The notes below the pieces were generated by a model. That model made no database searches, had not been told where the DNA came from, and worked only from the letters and a program-made list of their open reading frames with translations. A stretch of DNA of 64,000 nucleotides. Origin: Nitrospinaceae bacterium (GTDB taxonomy: Bacteria > Nitrospinota > Nitrospinia > Nitrospinales > VA-1). A program made the translations under genes and the position numbers. The stretch covers positions 1 through 64,000 of the forward strand of contig JBHHVU010000011.1 of NCBI GenBank assembly GCA_046754465.1, given 5' to 3'. Below are positions 20,336 through 31,445 of the stretch, in pieces. Positions within the stretch are counted from its first letter, which is position 1, and each line of letters opens with the position of its first letter.

Positions 20336-21271
20336 ATGGCGCTCAAGGTAAAGCATATTCTGGGAACGCGGGACCTGTGCCGGGAGGACATCGAAACCAT
20401 ACTGGATACCGCGGAATCCTTTAAGGAAATCTCCACCCGCGAGATCAAGAAAGTGCCGGCCCTCCGGGGCCGGACGGTCATCAACCTGTTTTTCGAGCCC
20501 AGCACGCGGACCCGGACCTCGTTTGAAATCGCCGGGAAACGGCTGAGCGCGGATGTCATCAACATCACGGGTTCTACCAGCAGCACGGTCAAGGGTGAAA
20601 ACCTGATCGACACCGCCCGCAACCTGGAGGCAATGAATCCGGACATCCTGGTGATCCGCCATTCCAGCTCGGGGACCCCTTCCCTGCTGGTCCCGTTCGT
20701 GAAATGTCCGATCATCAACGCCGGGGACGGTGCGCACGAGCACCCGACCCAGGCCCTGCTCGACCTGTTGACCATTCGCGAACACAAGGGTTCCCTGGAC
20801 GGATTGAAGGTGGCCATTGTCGGTGATATCCTGCATAGCCGCGTAGCACGGTCCAACATCTTCGCCATGCATACCATGGGGATGGATGTCACCGTCGCCG
20901 GCCCGCCCACGCTGATCCCGCTGGAAATCCAGACTCTGGGCGTCGCGGTGAGTCACGACCTGGCCGCGGCCATCCGGGACGTGGACGTGGTCATGATGCT
21001 GCGGGTGCAAATGGAAAGACAAACCCGGTTCCACTTTCCCAGCCTGCGGGAGTATTCGAATTATTTCTGCCTGACTTCCGAAAAACTGAAGAACGCGAGT
21101 GATGAGGCCTTGATCATCCATCCCGGCCCGGTCAACCGGGGGATCGAAATCTCGCCAGAGGTGATGGACGGTCCCCGTTCCCTGATCCTGAACCAGGTGA
21201 CCAACGGCGTGGCGCTGCGCATGGCGCTTCTTTATCTCCTTTTGGGGGGAACTAATGAAGATCTTGATTAA
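20336..21271 (+). CDS. pyrB: Aspartate carbamoyltransferase catalytic subunit
   Basis: [49 protein letters not shown]. Confidence 0.97.
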   Translation: MALKVKHILGTRDLCREDIETILDTAESFKEISTREIKKVPALRGRTVINLFFEPSTRTRTSFEIAGKRLSADVINITGSTSSTVKGENLIDTARNLEAMNPDILVIRHSSSGTPSLLVPFVKCPIINAGDGAHEHPTQALLDLLTIREHKGSLDGLKVAIVGDILHSRVARSNIFAMHTMGMDVTVAGPPTLIPLEIQTLGVAVSHDLAAAIRDVDVVMMLRVQMERQTRFHFPSLREYSNYFCLTSEKLKNASDEALIIHPGPVNRGIEISPEVMDGPRSLILNQVTNGVALRMALLYLLLGGTNEDLD

Positions 21272-22547
21272 AAACGGCCGCTTGATTGACCCCGCCAACG
21301 GGCGGGACGGCCGCTTCGATTTGCTGATCGACAAGGGGAAGGTCCGGGCCGTGGAGAAGCGGGGCGGCCTGCAAGCCACCGTTATCGAAGGAGCCCAAGT
21401 CATCGAGGCCGGGAACCGGATCGTTTCTCCGGGATTCATCGACATGCACGTCCATTTCCGCGAGCCGGGATTTGAGTACAAGGAAACCATCGAAACCGGT
21501 TGCCGCTCCGCCGCGGCGGGGGGGTTCACCTCGGTGGCGGTGATGCCCAACACCGACCCGGTCAACGATAACCGTTCCGTCACGGAACTCATCCTGTCCC
21601 AGGCCCGGGAGAAGGGCATCGTCCATGTTCACCCCATAGGAGCCATCACACAGGGCCTGAGAGGGGAAATCCTGTCCGACATGGGTGACCTTAGGGATGC
21701 GGGGGTTGTGGCCTATTCCGACGACGGCCGGCCGGTGACCAACAGCGAATTGATGCGCCGGGCCTTCGAATACAGCCGGATGTTCGGGTTGCCCTGCATC
21801 CAGCACAGCGAGGTATTGGACCTGACCGAGGGCGGGTGCATGCACGAGGGCCGGGTCTCCATGGAATTGGGACTGAAAGGCATGCCCACCGAAGCGGAGG
21901 ATATCATGGTTTACCGGGATATCGCGCTCCTGGAAAAGACGGGAGGCCGGCTGCACGTGGCCCATATCAGCAGCGGCAACGCGGTGGACCTGGTCCGTAC
22001 CGCGAAATCCCGGGGACTCCCGGTGACCTGCGAGGCCGCGCCTCACCATTTTACCTTGACCGATGAAGCAGTGCGCGGTTACGACACCAATACCAAAATG
22101 AGTCCGCCGTTGCGGACCGGGAAAGACATCGAAGCGATCAAGGCCGGCCTGAAAGATGGTACCATCGATATCATCGCCACCGATCACGCGCCCCACGACA
22201 TTACCGACAAACAGGTGGAGTTTACGGCGGCGAGTTTCGGCGTCGTGGGATTGGAAACCGCCCTGCCTCTGACCCTCTCGCTGGTTGAGGAAAAGGTCCT
22301 CACCCTGCCCCAGGCGGTGGAAAAGCTCACCTCCCGGCCCGCCGAAATCTTCCACCTTAACAAGGGATCTCTCGGTGTCGGCCAGGGTGCGGATGTTGTT
22401 ATATTTGATCCCGAAGCCGAATTTGTTCTGGACGTCAACCAGTTAAAATCCAGAAGCAGGAATTCTCCCTTCCACGGCTGGAAGATGCGGGGAAAAGTGA
22501 TGCAAACCCTGGTTTCGGGAAAGATCGTTTATACCCACTCAGATTGA
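21255..22547 (+). CDS. pyrC: Dihydroorotase
   Basis: [32 protein letters not shown]. Confidence 0.96.
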   Translation: MKILIKNGRLIDPANGRDGRFDLLIDKGKVRAVEKRGGLQATVIEGAQVIEAGNRIVSPGFIDMHVHFREPGFEYKETIETGCRSAAAGGFTSVAVMPNTDPVNDNRSVTELILSQAREKGIVHVHPIGAITQGLRGEILSDMGDLRDAGVVAYSDDGRPVTNSELMRRAFEYSRMFGLPCIQHSEVLDLTEGGCMHEGRVSMELGLKGMPTEAEDIMVYRDIALLEKTGGRLHVAHISSGNAVDLVRTAKSRGLPVTCEAAPHHFTLTDEAVRGYDTNTKMSPPLRTGKDIEAIKAGLKDGTIDIIATDHAPHDITDKQVEFTAASFGVVGLETALPLTLSLVEEKVLTLPQAVEKLTSRPAEIFHLNKGSLGVGQGADVVIFDPEAEFVLDVNQLKSRSRNSPFHGWKMRGKVMQTLVSGKIVYTHSD

Positions 22548-22578
22548 AAAAAATGGCGCGTCCGATCGAAACAATTCC

Positions 22579-23700
22579 ATGAAAGCCATTCTCGCTTTAG
22601 CCGATGGTAAAATATATAAAGGCCAGGCTTTCGGTGCTTCCGGTGAAGTGGAAGGAGAGATCGTCTTCAATACCAGCATGTCGGGCTACCAGGAAGTGAT
22701 CACAGATCCCTCCTATTGCGGTCAGATGGTAGTCATGACCTACCCTTTGATCGGCAATTACGGTGTCAATCCCGCCGATTTCGAGTCATCCCGCCCGTAT
22801 TTGCGAGGATTCATCATCAAGGAATTGAGCGGCATTCCCAGCAACTGGCGTTCCCGGGAGACCCTCCACCATTTTCTCCAGCGATACGGGGTCGTCGGGA
22901 TTCAAGGTATCGACACCCGGGCGCTCACCCGTCACATACGGGAGCAGGGAGCCCAGCAGGCGGTGATTTCCACCATCCGGTCCGATCCCCAAGCCCTCGT
23001 GGAAAAAGCCCGCCAGTCGGTGGGTCTGGTGGGAAGGGACCTCGTGAAAGAGGTCACCTGCAAAACACCCTTTGAATGGACCGAGGGGGAATGGCGATTG
23101 AATGGGGAAACCTCCAAGGACGTTCCGGAAAAACGCTATAACGTGGTGGCGTACGATTTCGGGATCAAACGGAATATTCTAAGGAAATTGATCCAGGCCG
23201 GATGCCGGGTCCGGGTCGTCCCCGCCTCCACCCGGGTGGAGGAGGTTTTGGGGATGAAACCGCACGGCATTTTCCTGTCCAACGGGCCGGGAGACCCCGC
23301 GGGGGTTCCCTACGCCGTCGAAGCCATCAAACGCCTGATCCCCAAGTTTCCCGTGTTCGGAATCTGCCTGGGACACCAGATCCTTTCCCTGGCCCTAGGC
23401 GCCCGAACCTACAAATTACGATTCGGCCATCACGGCGGGAACCACCCCGTGATGGATCTTAAAACCCGAAAAGTGGAAATCACCGCTCAAAACCACGGGT
23501 TCGCCGTGGATGGCGATTCCGTTAAAAAAGATATCGAAGTGACCTCCATCAATCTGAATGACAAAACCATCGAAGGAATCCGGCACAAATCGCTGCCGAT
23601 TCTTTCGGTGCAATATCATCCAGAAGCCTCGCCCGGTCCTCATGATTCTGGTCATCTGTTTCGTGAATTTTTAGGACTTATGAAAGGAAGCCAACTTTGA
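22579..23700 (+). CDS. carA: Carbamoyl-phosphate synthase small subunit
   Basis: [44 protein letters not shown]. Confidence 0.97.
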   Translation: MKAILALADGKIYKGQAFGASGEVEGEIVFNTSMSGYQEVITDPSYCGQMVVMTYPLIGNYGVNPADFESSRPYLRGFIIKELSGIPSNWRSRETLHHFLQRYGVVGIQGIDTRALTRHIREQGAQQAVISTIRSDPQALVEKARQSVGLVGRDLVKEVTCKTPFEWTEGEWRLNGETSKDVPEKRYNVVAYDFGIKRNILRKLIQAGCRVRVVPASTRVEEVLGMKPHGIFLSNGPGDPAGVPYAVEAIKRLIPKFPVFGICLGHQILSLALGARTYKLRFGHHGGNHPVMDLKTRKVEITAQNHGFAVDGDSVKKDIEVTSINLNDKTIEGIRHKSLPILSVQYHPEASPGPHDSGHLFREFLGLMKGSQL

Positions 23701-24569
23701 AAGAAAAGTTAGAACAATTGATCGAATACGTCACCGGTAACACGCCATCCAACGAAATTTATGAGGCCAGGAAGGAATACCAGAAAACCGCCGGAGAGAT
23801 CTACGAAGATGACAAGGCTTATGAAACGCGTATGGGATTGTTTCTGGAATGGTACATCTGTGACCGCCTGGTGCCGGAGAAACAACAGTCCCTTCTCGAA
23901 CTGATGATTTCGGAAAATGGGGGAAGATGGTCGCGGGAGCAACTGGAGTTGTTCAGCGGACTGGCCAACAGCATCAACGGATTGTTCATGCCCAAAAAAA
24001 TCCGCGACGACCAGGTGGTGGTCCTGAACCTGTTCGATGAATCCAAATACCGGGTGAAGGAAACCCACGGGAAAATCATGTTTGGCAAGGGCGACATTTT
24101 CCAGGCCCGGATCGTTCCCGCCAATGGGGAATATTTCTTCACCGGGAATTTCTGTTTTCATCCCAAGGAAGCAAACAAATTCATCAAGGAGGAAATCCAT
24201 AAAGTCACCGGCCTGCATCAAAAAAATATAAAGGAATTAAAATCCCTCGATTCCAAATTAAAGGATTTGAATACCCAATTGAAAAAGAACCAAAGGGAAA
24301 TCGAAAAAATTACGCTCAAAATAGAAAGTTCCGGGTCCCCTCAAAAAAAACAATCCCTCGGTGAAAAACTCGATCAGTTGAAGGAGGTTCATTCCAGTTT
24401 GAATCAGCAAATAACGGCTTTGAAAACGGAAAAATCGGATCTGGAAATCCAGAAAATTAAAATCGAGGAACGGGAATCCCGAAACCAGTTGATTCAAAGG
24501 CTCACTTACATGAATTTAAAATGGGAACGGTTCCGTCAGATCGATCTCAAGGATATCTACAGGAATTGA
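23697..24569 (+). CDS. Hypothetical protein with C-terminal coiled coil
   Basis: 290-aa ORF overlapping the carA stop (TTGA) and ending 7 nt before carB; Lys/Glu-rich heptads in the last third. Confidence 0.8.
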   Translation: MKEKLEQLIEYVTGNTPSNEIYEARKEYQKTAGEIYEDDKAYETRMGLFLEWYICDRLVPEKQQSLLELMISENGGRWSREQLELFSGLANSINGLFMPKKIRDDQVVVLNLFDESKYRVKETHGKIMFGKGDIFQARIVPANGEYFFTGNFCFHPKEANKFIKEEIHKVTGLHQKNIKELKSLDSKLKDLNTQLKKNQREIEKITLKIESSGSPQKKQSLGEKLDQLKEVHSSLNQQITALKTEKSDLEIQKIKIEERESRNQLIQRLTYMNLKWERFRQIDLKDIYRN

Positions 24570-24576
24570 TACCGCA

Positions 24577-27500
24577 ATGCCCAAACGCGAGGATCTGAAG
24601 AAAATATTGTTGATTGGGGCCGGACCGATCATCATCGGTCAGGCGTGCGAGTTCGACTATTCGGGAACCCAGGCCTGCAAGGCGCTGAAGGAGGAGGGCT
24701 ACGAAGTCATTCTGCTCAACAGCAATCCTGCCACCATCATGACCGATCCGGAATTCGCGGACCGGACGTATATCGAACCGGTCACCCCGCAGGTGGTGAA
24801 TATGATTCTCCGGCGGGACCGGCCCGATGCCATTTTGCCCACCATGGGAGGCCAGACCGGATTGAACACCGCCCTTGCCGTCGCGGAGACCGGCATCCTC
24901 GAAGAATTGGGGGTGGAACTCATTGGGGCCAACGTGGAAACCATCAAGAAAGCCGAGGACCGCCATCTTTTCAAGGAAGCCATGGAGCGGATCGGCCTGC
25001 GGGTGGCGCCCAGCGGGCACGCCACCAACATGAAACAAGCCTGGGAAATTGTGAAGGGGACCGGATTTCCCGCGATCATCCGCCCCTCGTTCACCCTGGG
25101 AGGAAGCGGGGGAAGCATCGCTTATACCGAAAAGGAATTTGAAAAGCTCATTCGCTGGGCACTCGATACCAGCCCCGTCCGAAAGGTCCTCATCGAAAAA
25201 TCCCTCCTGGGCTGGAAGGAGTTTGAACTGGAGGTCATGCGGGACCTCCACGACAACGTCGTGATCGTCTGTTCCATCGAAAACTTTGATCCCATGGGCA
25301 TCCATACGGGGGACAGCATCACCGTGGCCCCGGCGCAAACCCTCACCGACAAGGAATACCAATCCATGCGCGACGCGGCCATTGCCATCATCCGGGAAAT
25401 CGGCGTGGAAACCGGGGGTTCCAACATTCAATTCGCGGTCGATCCCCAAACTGGCGAAATGGTGGTCATCGAAATGAACCCAAGGGTTTCGAGGAGTTCC
25501 GCGCTGGCCTCCAAGGCCACGGGGTTTCCCATCGCCAAAATAGCGGCCAAGCTCGCAGTCGGTTACACCCTTGATGAGATCCGGAACGATATCACGCGAG
25601 TCACGCCGGTATCGTTTGAACCCACGCTCGATTATTGCGTGGTCAAGATTCCCCGGTTCACCTTCGAAAAATTTTTTGAGGCGGAACCCATTCTGACCAC
25701 CCAGATGAAATCCGTTGGCGAAGCCATGGCCATCGGCCGCACGTTCAAGGAAGCTCTGCATAAATCCCTGCGATCCCTGGAAATCAACATTTGCGGCTTG
25801 GAAGAGAAGTTTCATTTCGATCTCGATTCCGGCGAGCCGGCCGGTCAACCACCGGGAGAAAAACTGAAAAAAATCCTCAAACTTCCTTTTTGGGATCGGC
25901 TCTGGCACATCGCCGCCGCCCTGCGGAGGGGGGTTTCCATTGGCAAAATCCATGAAATCACCGCGGTGGATCCCTGGTTCCTTCACAATCTTCAGGAGAT
26001 CATCGAATTTGAAAAACAGTTTCAAGACCAGAGGGATCTCGATCATGTTCCCGATGCTCTATTGAAAAAAGCCAAGCAAATGGGGTTTTCCGATAAATAT
26101 CTCGCCGGTCTTCTGGGCTGCTCCGAATCCAGGGTGACCGGGCGGCGAACCCGTTCCGGAATATTCCCCGTTTATAAACGCGTGGACACCTGCGGCGCCG
26201 AGTTCGAAGCTTACACTCCCTATCTTTATTCAACCTATGAAGAGGAATGCGAGGCGAATCCCACTTCCCGGAAGAAAATCATTATCCTGGGAGGGGGACC
26301 CAACCGGATCGGCCAGGGGATTGAATTTGATTATTGTTGCGTCCACGCCTCCTTCGCGCTGAAAGAGGATGGCTACGAAACCATTATGGTCAATTGCAAT
26401 CCGGAAACAGTAAGCACCGATTACGATACATCCGACCGGCTTTATTTCGAACCCCTGACCCTGGAGGACGTCCTCCACATCGTCCGGGTCGAAAAGCCTG
26501 CCGGGGTCATCGTCCAGTTTGGGGGCCAGACCCCCCTGCGGCTGGCGTTAAGCCTTCTCAATGCGGGGGTTCCCGTGATCGGGACCAGTCCGGAAGACAT
26601 CGACCGGGCGGAAGACCGAAAACGGTTTAAGGAAGTTCTGGAAAAACTGGATTTGAAACAACCCGAGAACGGGACCGCCACCTCCCTGGAGGAAGCGGAA
26701 CGGATCGCTTCCAGAATCGGATACCCCGTGGTGGTGCGGCCCTCTTACGTTTTGGGTGGAAGGGCGATGGAGATCGTCCACAACCAGAAGCGGTTGGAAC
26801 ACTATATGCGGTACGCAGTTCAGGCCTCACCCGAACATCCCGTCCTCATCGATGATTTCCTTGAAAATGCGGTCGAGATCGATGTCGACGCCATCGCGGA
26901 TGGGCGGGACGTGGTCATCGGCGGGCTCATGCAGCATATAGAGGAAGCCGGGATTCATTCCGGAGACAGCGCCTGTTCCCTGCCGGCCTATTCCCTTCCC
27001 GAACCGGTCATCGGGAAAATCAAGGATCAAACCCGGGCCCTGGCCCGGGAACTCAACGTGGTGGGGTTGATCAATATTCAGTTCGCGGTCAAGGACGGCG
27101 AAATTTACATCCTGGAAGTCAATCCCCGGGCTTCCCGGACCATTCCCTTTGTCAGTAAAGCCATTGGCATTCCCCTGGCAAAATACGCGGCCCGCATAAT
27201 GATGGGAAAGACCTTGGCGGAACTGGGATTGCGCGGAGAAAAAATCCTCAAACACATCGCCGTCAAGGAGTCGGTTTTCCCCTTCAACAAGTTTACGGGG
27301 GTGGACGTACTGTTGGGACCGGAAATGAAATCGACTGGAGAGGTCATGGGTATCGATTCCACCTTTGGGCGGGCCTTTGCCAAATCCCAGATCGCCACGG
27401 GAATACACCTGCCTCTCGAGGGAGTCGTCTTCATCAGCGTCAGGGATGCCGACAAACCCGCCGCCGCAAAAATAGCACGCCGTTTCGCCGAAATGGGTTA

Positions 27501-27822
27501 CGATCTTCTGGCGACGCAGGGGACCACGGAATTCCTTCGCAAGCAGGGACTTAAGGTTCAGGCGATCAATAAGGTCAAGGAAGGCTCCCCCCATATTGTG
27601 GAGGCGATTGAGGGCAATGAGGTGGATTTTATCGTCAATACCGTTTTCGGGGAGCAGTCCACCAAGGATTCCTTTTCTCTCCGCCGTGCGTCACTGAACC
27701 AGAACCTGCCTTATTGCACCACCATGGCCGGCGCCTCCGCCCTGCTGGAGGCGATACGCTCCATCAAGCAAAAGGAGCTGACCGTAACCTCCCTCCAGGA
27801 ATACGGGATCCAAGCCTCCTGA
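24577..27822 (+). CDS. carB: Carbamoyl-phosphate synthase large subunit
   Basis: [17 protein letters not shown], duplicated ATP-grasp domains ([21 protein letters not shown]), C-terminal MGS domain. Confidence 0.98.
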   Translation: MPKREDLKKILLIGAGPIIIGQACEFDYSGTQACKALKEEGYEVILLNSNPATIMTDPEFADRTYIEPVTPQVVNMILRRDRPDAILPTMGGQTGLNTALAVAETGILEELGVELIGANVETIKKAEDRHLFKEAMERIGLRVAPSGHATNMKQAWEIVKGTGFPAIIRPSFTLGGSGGSIAYTEKEFEKLIRWALDTSPVRKVLIEKSLLGWKEFELEVMRDLHDNVVIVCSIENFDPMGIHTGDSITVAPAQTLTDKEYQSMRDAAIAIIREIGVETGGSNIQFAVDPQTGEMVVIEMNPRVSRSSALASKATGFPIAKIAAKLAVGYTLDEIRNDITRVTPVSFEPTLDYCVVKIPRFTFEKFFEAEPILTTQMKSVGEAMAIGRTFKEALHKSLRSLEINICGLEEKFHFDLDSGEPAGQPPGEKLKKILKLPFWDRLWHIAAALRRGVSIGKIHEITAVDPWFLHNLQEIIEFEKQFQDQRDLDHVPDALLKKAKQMGFSDKYLAGLLGCSESRVTGRRTRSGIFPVYKRVDTCGAEFEAYTPYLYSTYEEECEANPTSRKKIIILGGGPNRIGQGIEFDYCCVHASFALKEDGYETIMVNCNPETVSTDYDTSDRLYFEPLTLEDVLHIVRVEKPAGVIVQFGGQTPLRLALSLLNAGVPVIGTSPEDIDRAEDRKRFKEVLEKLDLKQPENGTATSLEEAERIASRIGYPVVVRPSYVLGGRAMEIVHNQKRLEHYMRYAVQASPEHPVLIDDFLENAVEIDVDAIADGRDVVIGGLMQHIEEAGIHSGDSACSLPAYSLPEPVIGKIKDQTRALARELNVVGLINIQFAVKDGEIYILEVNPRASRTIPFVSKAIGIPLAKYAARIMMGKTLAELGLRGEKILKHIAVKESVFPFNKFTGVDVLLGPEMKSTGEVMGIDSTFGRAFAKSQIATGIHLPLEGVVFISVRDADKPAAAKIARRFAEMGYDLLATQGTTEFLRKQGLKVQAINKVKEGSPHIVEAIEGNEVDFIVNTVFGEQSTKDSFSLRRASLNQNLPYCTTMAGASALLEAIRSIKQKELTVTSLQEYGIQAS

Positions 27823-27857
27823 CAACCCAAGGGAGGAGTTATCCCTAGGGAAAGCCG

Positions 27858-28901
27858 TTATTGGGAATCCGATTCCAGGATCAGGTGGTGTATTTCCCCG
27901 GCTTGCTGTTCCAAAATGGGCGGATTGGTTTTTCTGGACTGAACCAGTTCCCCATTTTCAAATCCATCTCCCGCAACAATGTCGGCGACTGAAAAACCTT
28001 CCTGAATATTCTTGATCCGGATTACCCCGCGGCGGGTGAATTTATCTCCCAGATCCATCTGGCTGAAAGGATCCGTATATTTCAGGAAAACGGAATAAAC
28101 GTTGAAGAAATCTCCAAAACCGATGCCATTGACCCGTCCCACGTTGATCACCACTTCTTTCTTGTCCTTGTCCACGAAAATGATCTCCCCTTCCAGCGGC
28201 AGGATGTACAAATTGGAAGTGATGAACGAGACCATTTGCCGGGTTAAACTGGCCAGGGCTTTGCCAATGGAACTTTTTTGAAATTCCCCTGCATCGGGAT
28301 CCACAGGAAGATTATCGAAAGTGTAGGGGACCACCCCGGAACTGGTGACAACTTTAAACCTTCTGGAGACCAGGGTTCGCCCGGTATGGTGAGTGGCGAG
28401 GTCCAATTCCACCTCCACTTCGGCCTTTTGTTTTAAAACATCGCCAGTATTCAACAGGATTTCGGCCCGGGTGGGTGGTTTTCCGGGAACAAATTCAAGC
28501 ACCCGCCCCTGGACCACGAACTGGGCGGGATGAAAAATATTTCCCGCCGTAACTCCGGAAGCAGGCTTCGTCCCGGTTTGGCCATCTTTCTTTCCAGAAG
28601 AGGAGGCGGTTCCAAAGCCCTTTCCCTTTTCCGGCTTGAAATCATTTTTAGACACTTCCAGCGGTTCCGACGCGGACGGATACTCCGCCACATGGAATTT
28701 TCCATCCCGGGAAAGCGATTTCATGAGCATGGCGGTGATCAATTTTCCAGGATGGTAGGGACCGGTCCAGCCGAGAGGATTTTCCAAGGCCTGGATGGAA
28801 AGCCTGTTAATATATCCTGGGAAAGCGGATTCCTGGAATAAAATCAGGAAAACCGGTACCCCGATCAATGGTAATATTGAAATTTTGATTTTACGGGTCA
28901 T
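27858..28901 (-). CDS. Exported CsgG/FlgT-like protein
   Basis: Signal peptide; AQFVVQGRVLEF (CsgG-like), then VVINVGRVNGIGFGDFFNVY...DP...GVIRIKNIQEGFSVA (FlgT C-terminal-like). Confidence 0.6.
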   Translation of the reverse strand: MTRKIKISILPLIGVPVFLILFQESAFPGYINRLSIQALENPLGWTGPYHPGKLITAMLMKSLSRDGKFHVAEYPSASEPLEVSKNDFKPEKGKGFGTASSSGKKDGQTGTKPASGVTAGNIFHPAQFVVQGRVLEFVPGKPPTRAEILLNTGDVLKQKAEVEVELDLATHHTGRTLVSRRFKVVTSSGVVPYTFDNLPVDPDAGEFQKSSIGKALASLTRQMVSFITSNLYILPLEGEIIFVDKDKKEVVINVGRVNGIGFGDFFNVYSVFLKYTDPFSQMDLGDKFTRRGVIRIKNIQEGFSVADIVAGDGFENGELVQSRKTNPPILEQQAGEIHHLILESDSQ

Positions 28902-29104
28902 GGCGTTGACTCAGCAGGATTTTCATTACTTCACGTATCGACTGAATCGGGGCAAATCTTCATGACAAATTTACTGGATTATCCGAGGAACTTGCCAGGA
29001 AAACGCCCCATCCTGGGAAAAATTAGTAAAATCACCCAACAAATGATTTCTCCGTCATTAAGCAAGCTTGACCATTTCCAATTTGACAAGTAAAATTAAT
29101 CCCT

Positions 29105-29860
29105 ATGAAACAATTGATCTTTCTTCTTGGCATCATACTTTCCCTCATCGGTTCCCCGTCATTTGCCTCTGAAAACCCGCCTGATGGCATGGTGCGCGTT
29201 GCAGGCGGGTGTTTCATGATGGGTACGAACAAGGTCTTTTATTATGAATTGGGCCGTGAAAATATCCGGGAACGGCCCGCCCACCGGGTTTGTCTGGACA
29301 GCTTTTATCTCGACAAATACGAGATCACCCAGAAACAATGGGAAGCGGTGATGGGATACAACAATTCTGCTTTCAAGGGGCTTGACCTTCCCGTCACTCA
29401 TATCCGTTGGAAGGAAGCGGTGGAATATTGCTCGCGGCTGGGTGGGCGTCTGCCCACGGAAGCCGAATGGGAATACGCGGCCCGGGCCGGCAGTCAGGCG
29501 GACAATCCCTGGGGAAATGGAATCAACCGGGAATTCCTCTGGTACGCTAAAAATTCAGCACGCCACGTTTCCAGCGTCGGCAAGAAAAAACCGAACGCCT
29601 GGGGACTGTATGATATGATGGGAAATGTTTGGGAGTGGGTGTCAGACTGGTTCGCGGAGGATTATTATAAAAAGAGTCCCATGAAAAATCCCAAAGGCCC
29701 CCGGACCCGGCAAAGTTGGCATGTGATTCGGGGTGGGTCCTGGGTGGATGAAGATAACCTGATTCGCGTCACCGTTCGGTACCGGGGGATGGCCGACCCC
29801 ACGGATACTTTCTGGGTGGGAGCGAGGTGCGCCCTTTCCCCGCCGGAAAAAAAGAAATGA
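29105..29860 (+). CDS. Formylglycine-generating enzyme (SUMF1/FGE-sulfatase) domain protein, exported
   Basis: GGCFMMG, FYLDKYEIT, RLPTEAEWEYAARAG, PNAWGLYDMMGNVWEW, VIRGGSW. Confidence 0.9.
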   Translation: MKQLIFLLGIILSLIGSPSFASENPPDGMVRVAGGCFMMGTNKVFYYELGRENIRERPAHRVCLDSFYLDKYEITQKQWEAVMGYNNSAFKGLDLPVTHIRWKEAVEYCSRLGGRLPTEAEWEYAARAGSQADNPWGNGINREFLWYAKNSARHVSSVGKKKPNAWGLYDMMGNVWEWVSDWFAEDYYKKSPMKNPKGPRTRQSWHVIRGGSWVDEDNLIRVTVRYRGMADPTDTFWVGARCALSPPEKKK

Positions 29861-29928
29861 CATCCCCGGGTCCGTCGATAGTTTCCAACGGCCGTTTTCC
29901 CCCTGTCATTCTAAATTGATATCCTGCC

Positions 29929-30561
29929 TTGAACGCCAGAGCAATCAACCGGCTGTACCGGAAATTGAGCCTGAGTTTCCCCCAGGCGCGATCGGAACTG
30001 GTTTATAAAAACACCTTTGAATTGCTGATATCGGTGATCCTCAGCGCCCAGGCCACGGACAGGTCCGTCAATGCGGTGACCGCCGACTTGTTTTCCAGGT
30101 ATCCCACCCCCCAGGCGATCTGCCGATTGGGGGAGTCCCGCCTGCGGAAAATTATTCAGTCCATCGGGCTCGCGCCAACGAAGGCCAAAAATATCGTCCG
30201 TACCTGCAAAATCCTTTTGGAGGAATACCGGGGAAACGTGCCGGGAACCCGGGAGGATCTGGAAAATCTGCCGGGAGTCGGAAGAAAAACCGCCAATGTC
30301 GTGTTGAATGAGGGATTCGGTCAACCGACCATCGCCGTGGACACCCATGTTTTCCGTGTATCCCAACGCACCGGCCTGGCCCCGGGAAAATCCGTCCTCG
30401 AAACCGAGCAGAAACTCCTGGAAATAACCCCCGGACAATGGAAAAAACAGGCTCACAGATTTCTAATTCTACATGGACGTTACGTCTGCAAGGCAAAGAA
30501 CTTCGATTGCGGTCCTTGCGTGATAAACAAGGAATGCCAATACCCGGACAAAACGGGTTGA
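29929..30561 (+). CDS. nth: Endonuclease III
   Basis: LLISVILSAQATD, HhH LPGVGRKTANV, AVDTHVFRV, C-terminal Cx6Cx2Cx5C 4Fe-4S motif. Confidence 0.96.
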   Translation: MNARAINRLYRKLSLSFPQARSELVYKNTFELLISVILSAQATDRSVNAVTADLFSRYPTPQAICRLGESRLRKIIQSIGLAPTKAKNIVRTCKILLEEYRGNVPGTREDLENLPGVGRKTANVVLNEGFGQPTIAVDTHVFRVSQRTGLAPGKSVLETEQKLLEITPGQWKKQAHRFLILHGRYVCKAKNFDCGPCVINKECQYPDKTG

Positions 30562-30672
30562 GAATCCCTCCTTTCCGGCCCGATTCCCGGCGTGGTTTTA
30601 AATCCTGATTGGACCTTTCCACATCCAAAGATAGATTCACGGGAAAAACCCCAGGGAATTACCGCAAACACC

Positions 30673-31437
30673 ATGAGGACTAAAAACGCCAGGAATTATG
30701 AATCGGTTGTGACCCGGCTGGAGCGATCGCTGGACGGCCAGGGAACCTTGATATCCCTGGGAGAAGTGTCGACCCCCGGCCGCGTCCATTCTTTAAAGAA
30801 AATCGTGTTGGGAAAGGGCCATCCACGCAAAGTTCTTATATCGGCGGGAATTCATGGGGATGAGCCGGCGGGAGTTGAGACCCTTTGCGCCTGGATAGAA
30901 AGAGAAGAATACAAACCCTACCTTAAGAATTGGGAATTCACCCTGATTCCCTGCATCAATCCCTTTGGCTATGAACACGGCGTTCGGCACAATCATGAAA
31001 ATAAGGATTTGAACAGGCATTTTAAGTCCTCCCCTCCTCCCGCCGAAGTCTGGATCGTTCAAACAGTTTTTCAATCGCCTTTCGATCTCACACTGGAACT
31101 GCACGAAGACGTGGACAGTCCGGGTTTTTACCTGTATCAAACCGCCCAACCGTCCCTGAATCAAGCTTTGGGAATCAAAATCGTGGAGGAGGTTCAAAAA
31201 ACCATGCCTGTCAATCCGAATTCACGGATCGAGGGGATGCCGGCCAGGAAGGGGATCATAGATCGTTTGTCCGATCCGGAAAGTATGCCATGGTGGCCAA
31301 TGGCCCTCTATGCCCTATCATCCGGAGCCCGGTATTGTCTCACCCTGGAAACGGCCAGCCGGTTTCCCCTGGAGACAAGGGTCCAGGCCCACCTGGGAGC
31401 GATTCGCGCCGCCCTGGACCATTTTTCCGACTGTTAA
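30673..31437 (+). CDS. M14-like metallo-hydrolase (succinylglutamate desuccinylase/aspartoacylase family)
   Basis: SAGIHGDEPAG, CINPFG, DLNR, LELHED, LTLET. Confidence 0.85.
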   Translation: MRTKNARNYESVVTRLERSLDGQGTLISLGEVSTPGRVHSLKKIVLGKGHPRKVLISAGIHGDEPAGVETLCAWIEREEYKPYLKNWEFTLIPCINPFGYEHGVRHNHENKDLNRHFKSSPPPAEVWIVQTVFQSPFDLTLELHEDVDSPGFYLYQTAQPSLNQALGIKIVEEVQKTMPVNPNSRIEGMPARKGIIDRLSDPESMPWWPMALYALSSGARYCLTLETASRFPLETRVQAHLGAIRAALDHFSDC

Positions 31438-31445
31438 AAAGTTTA

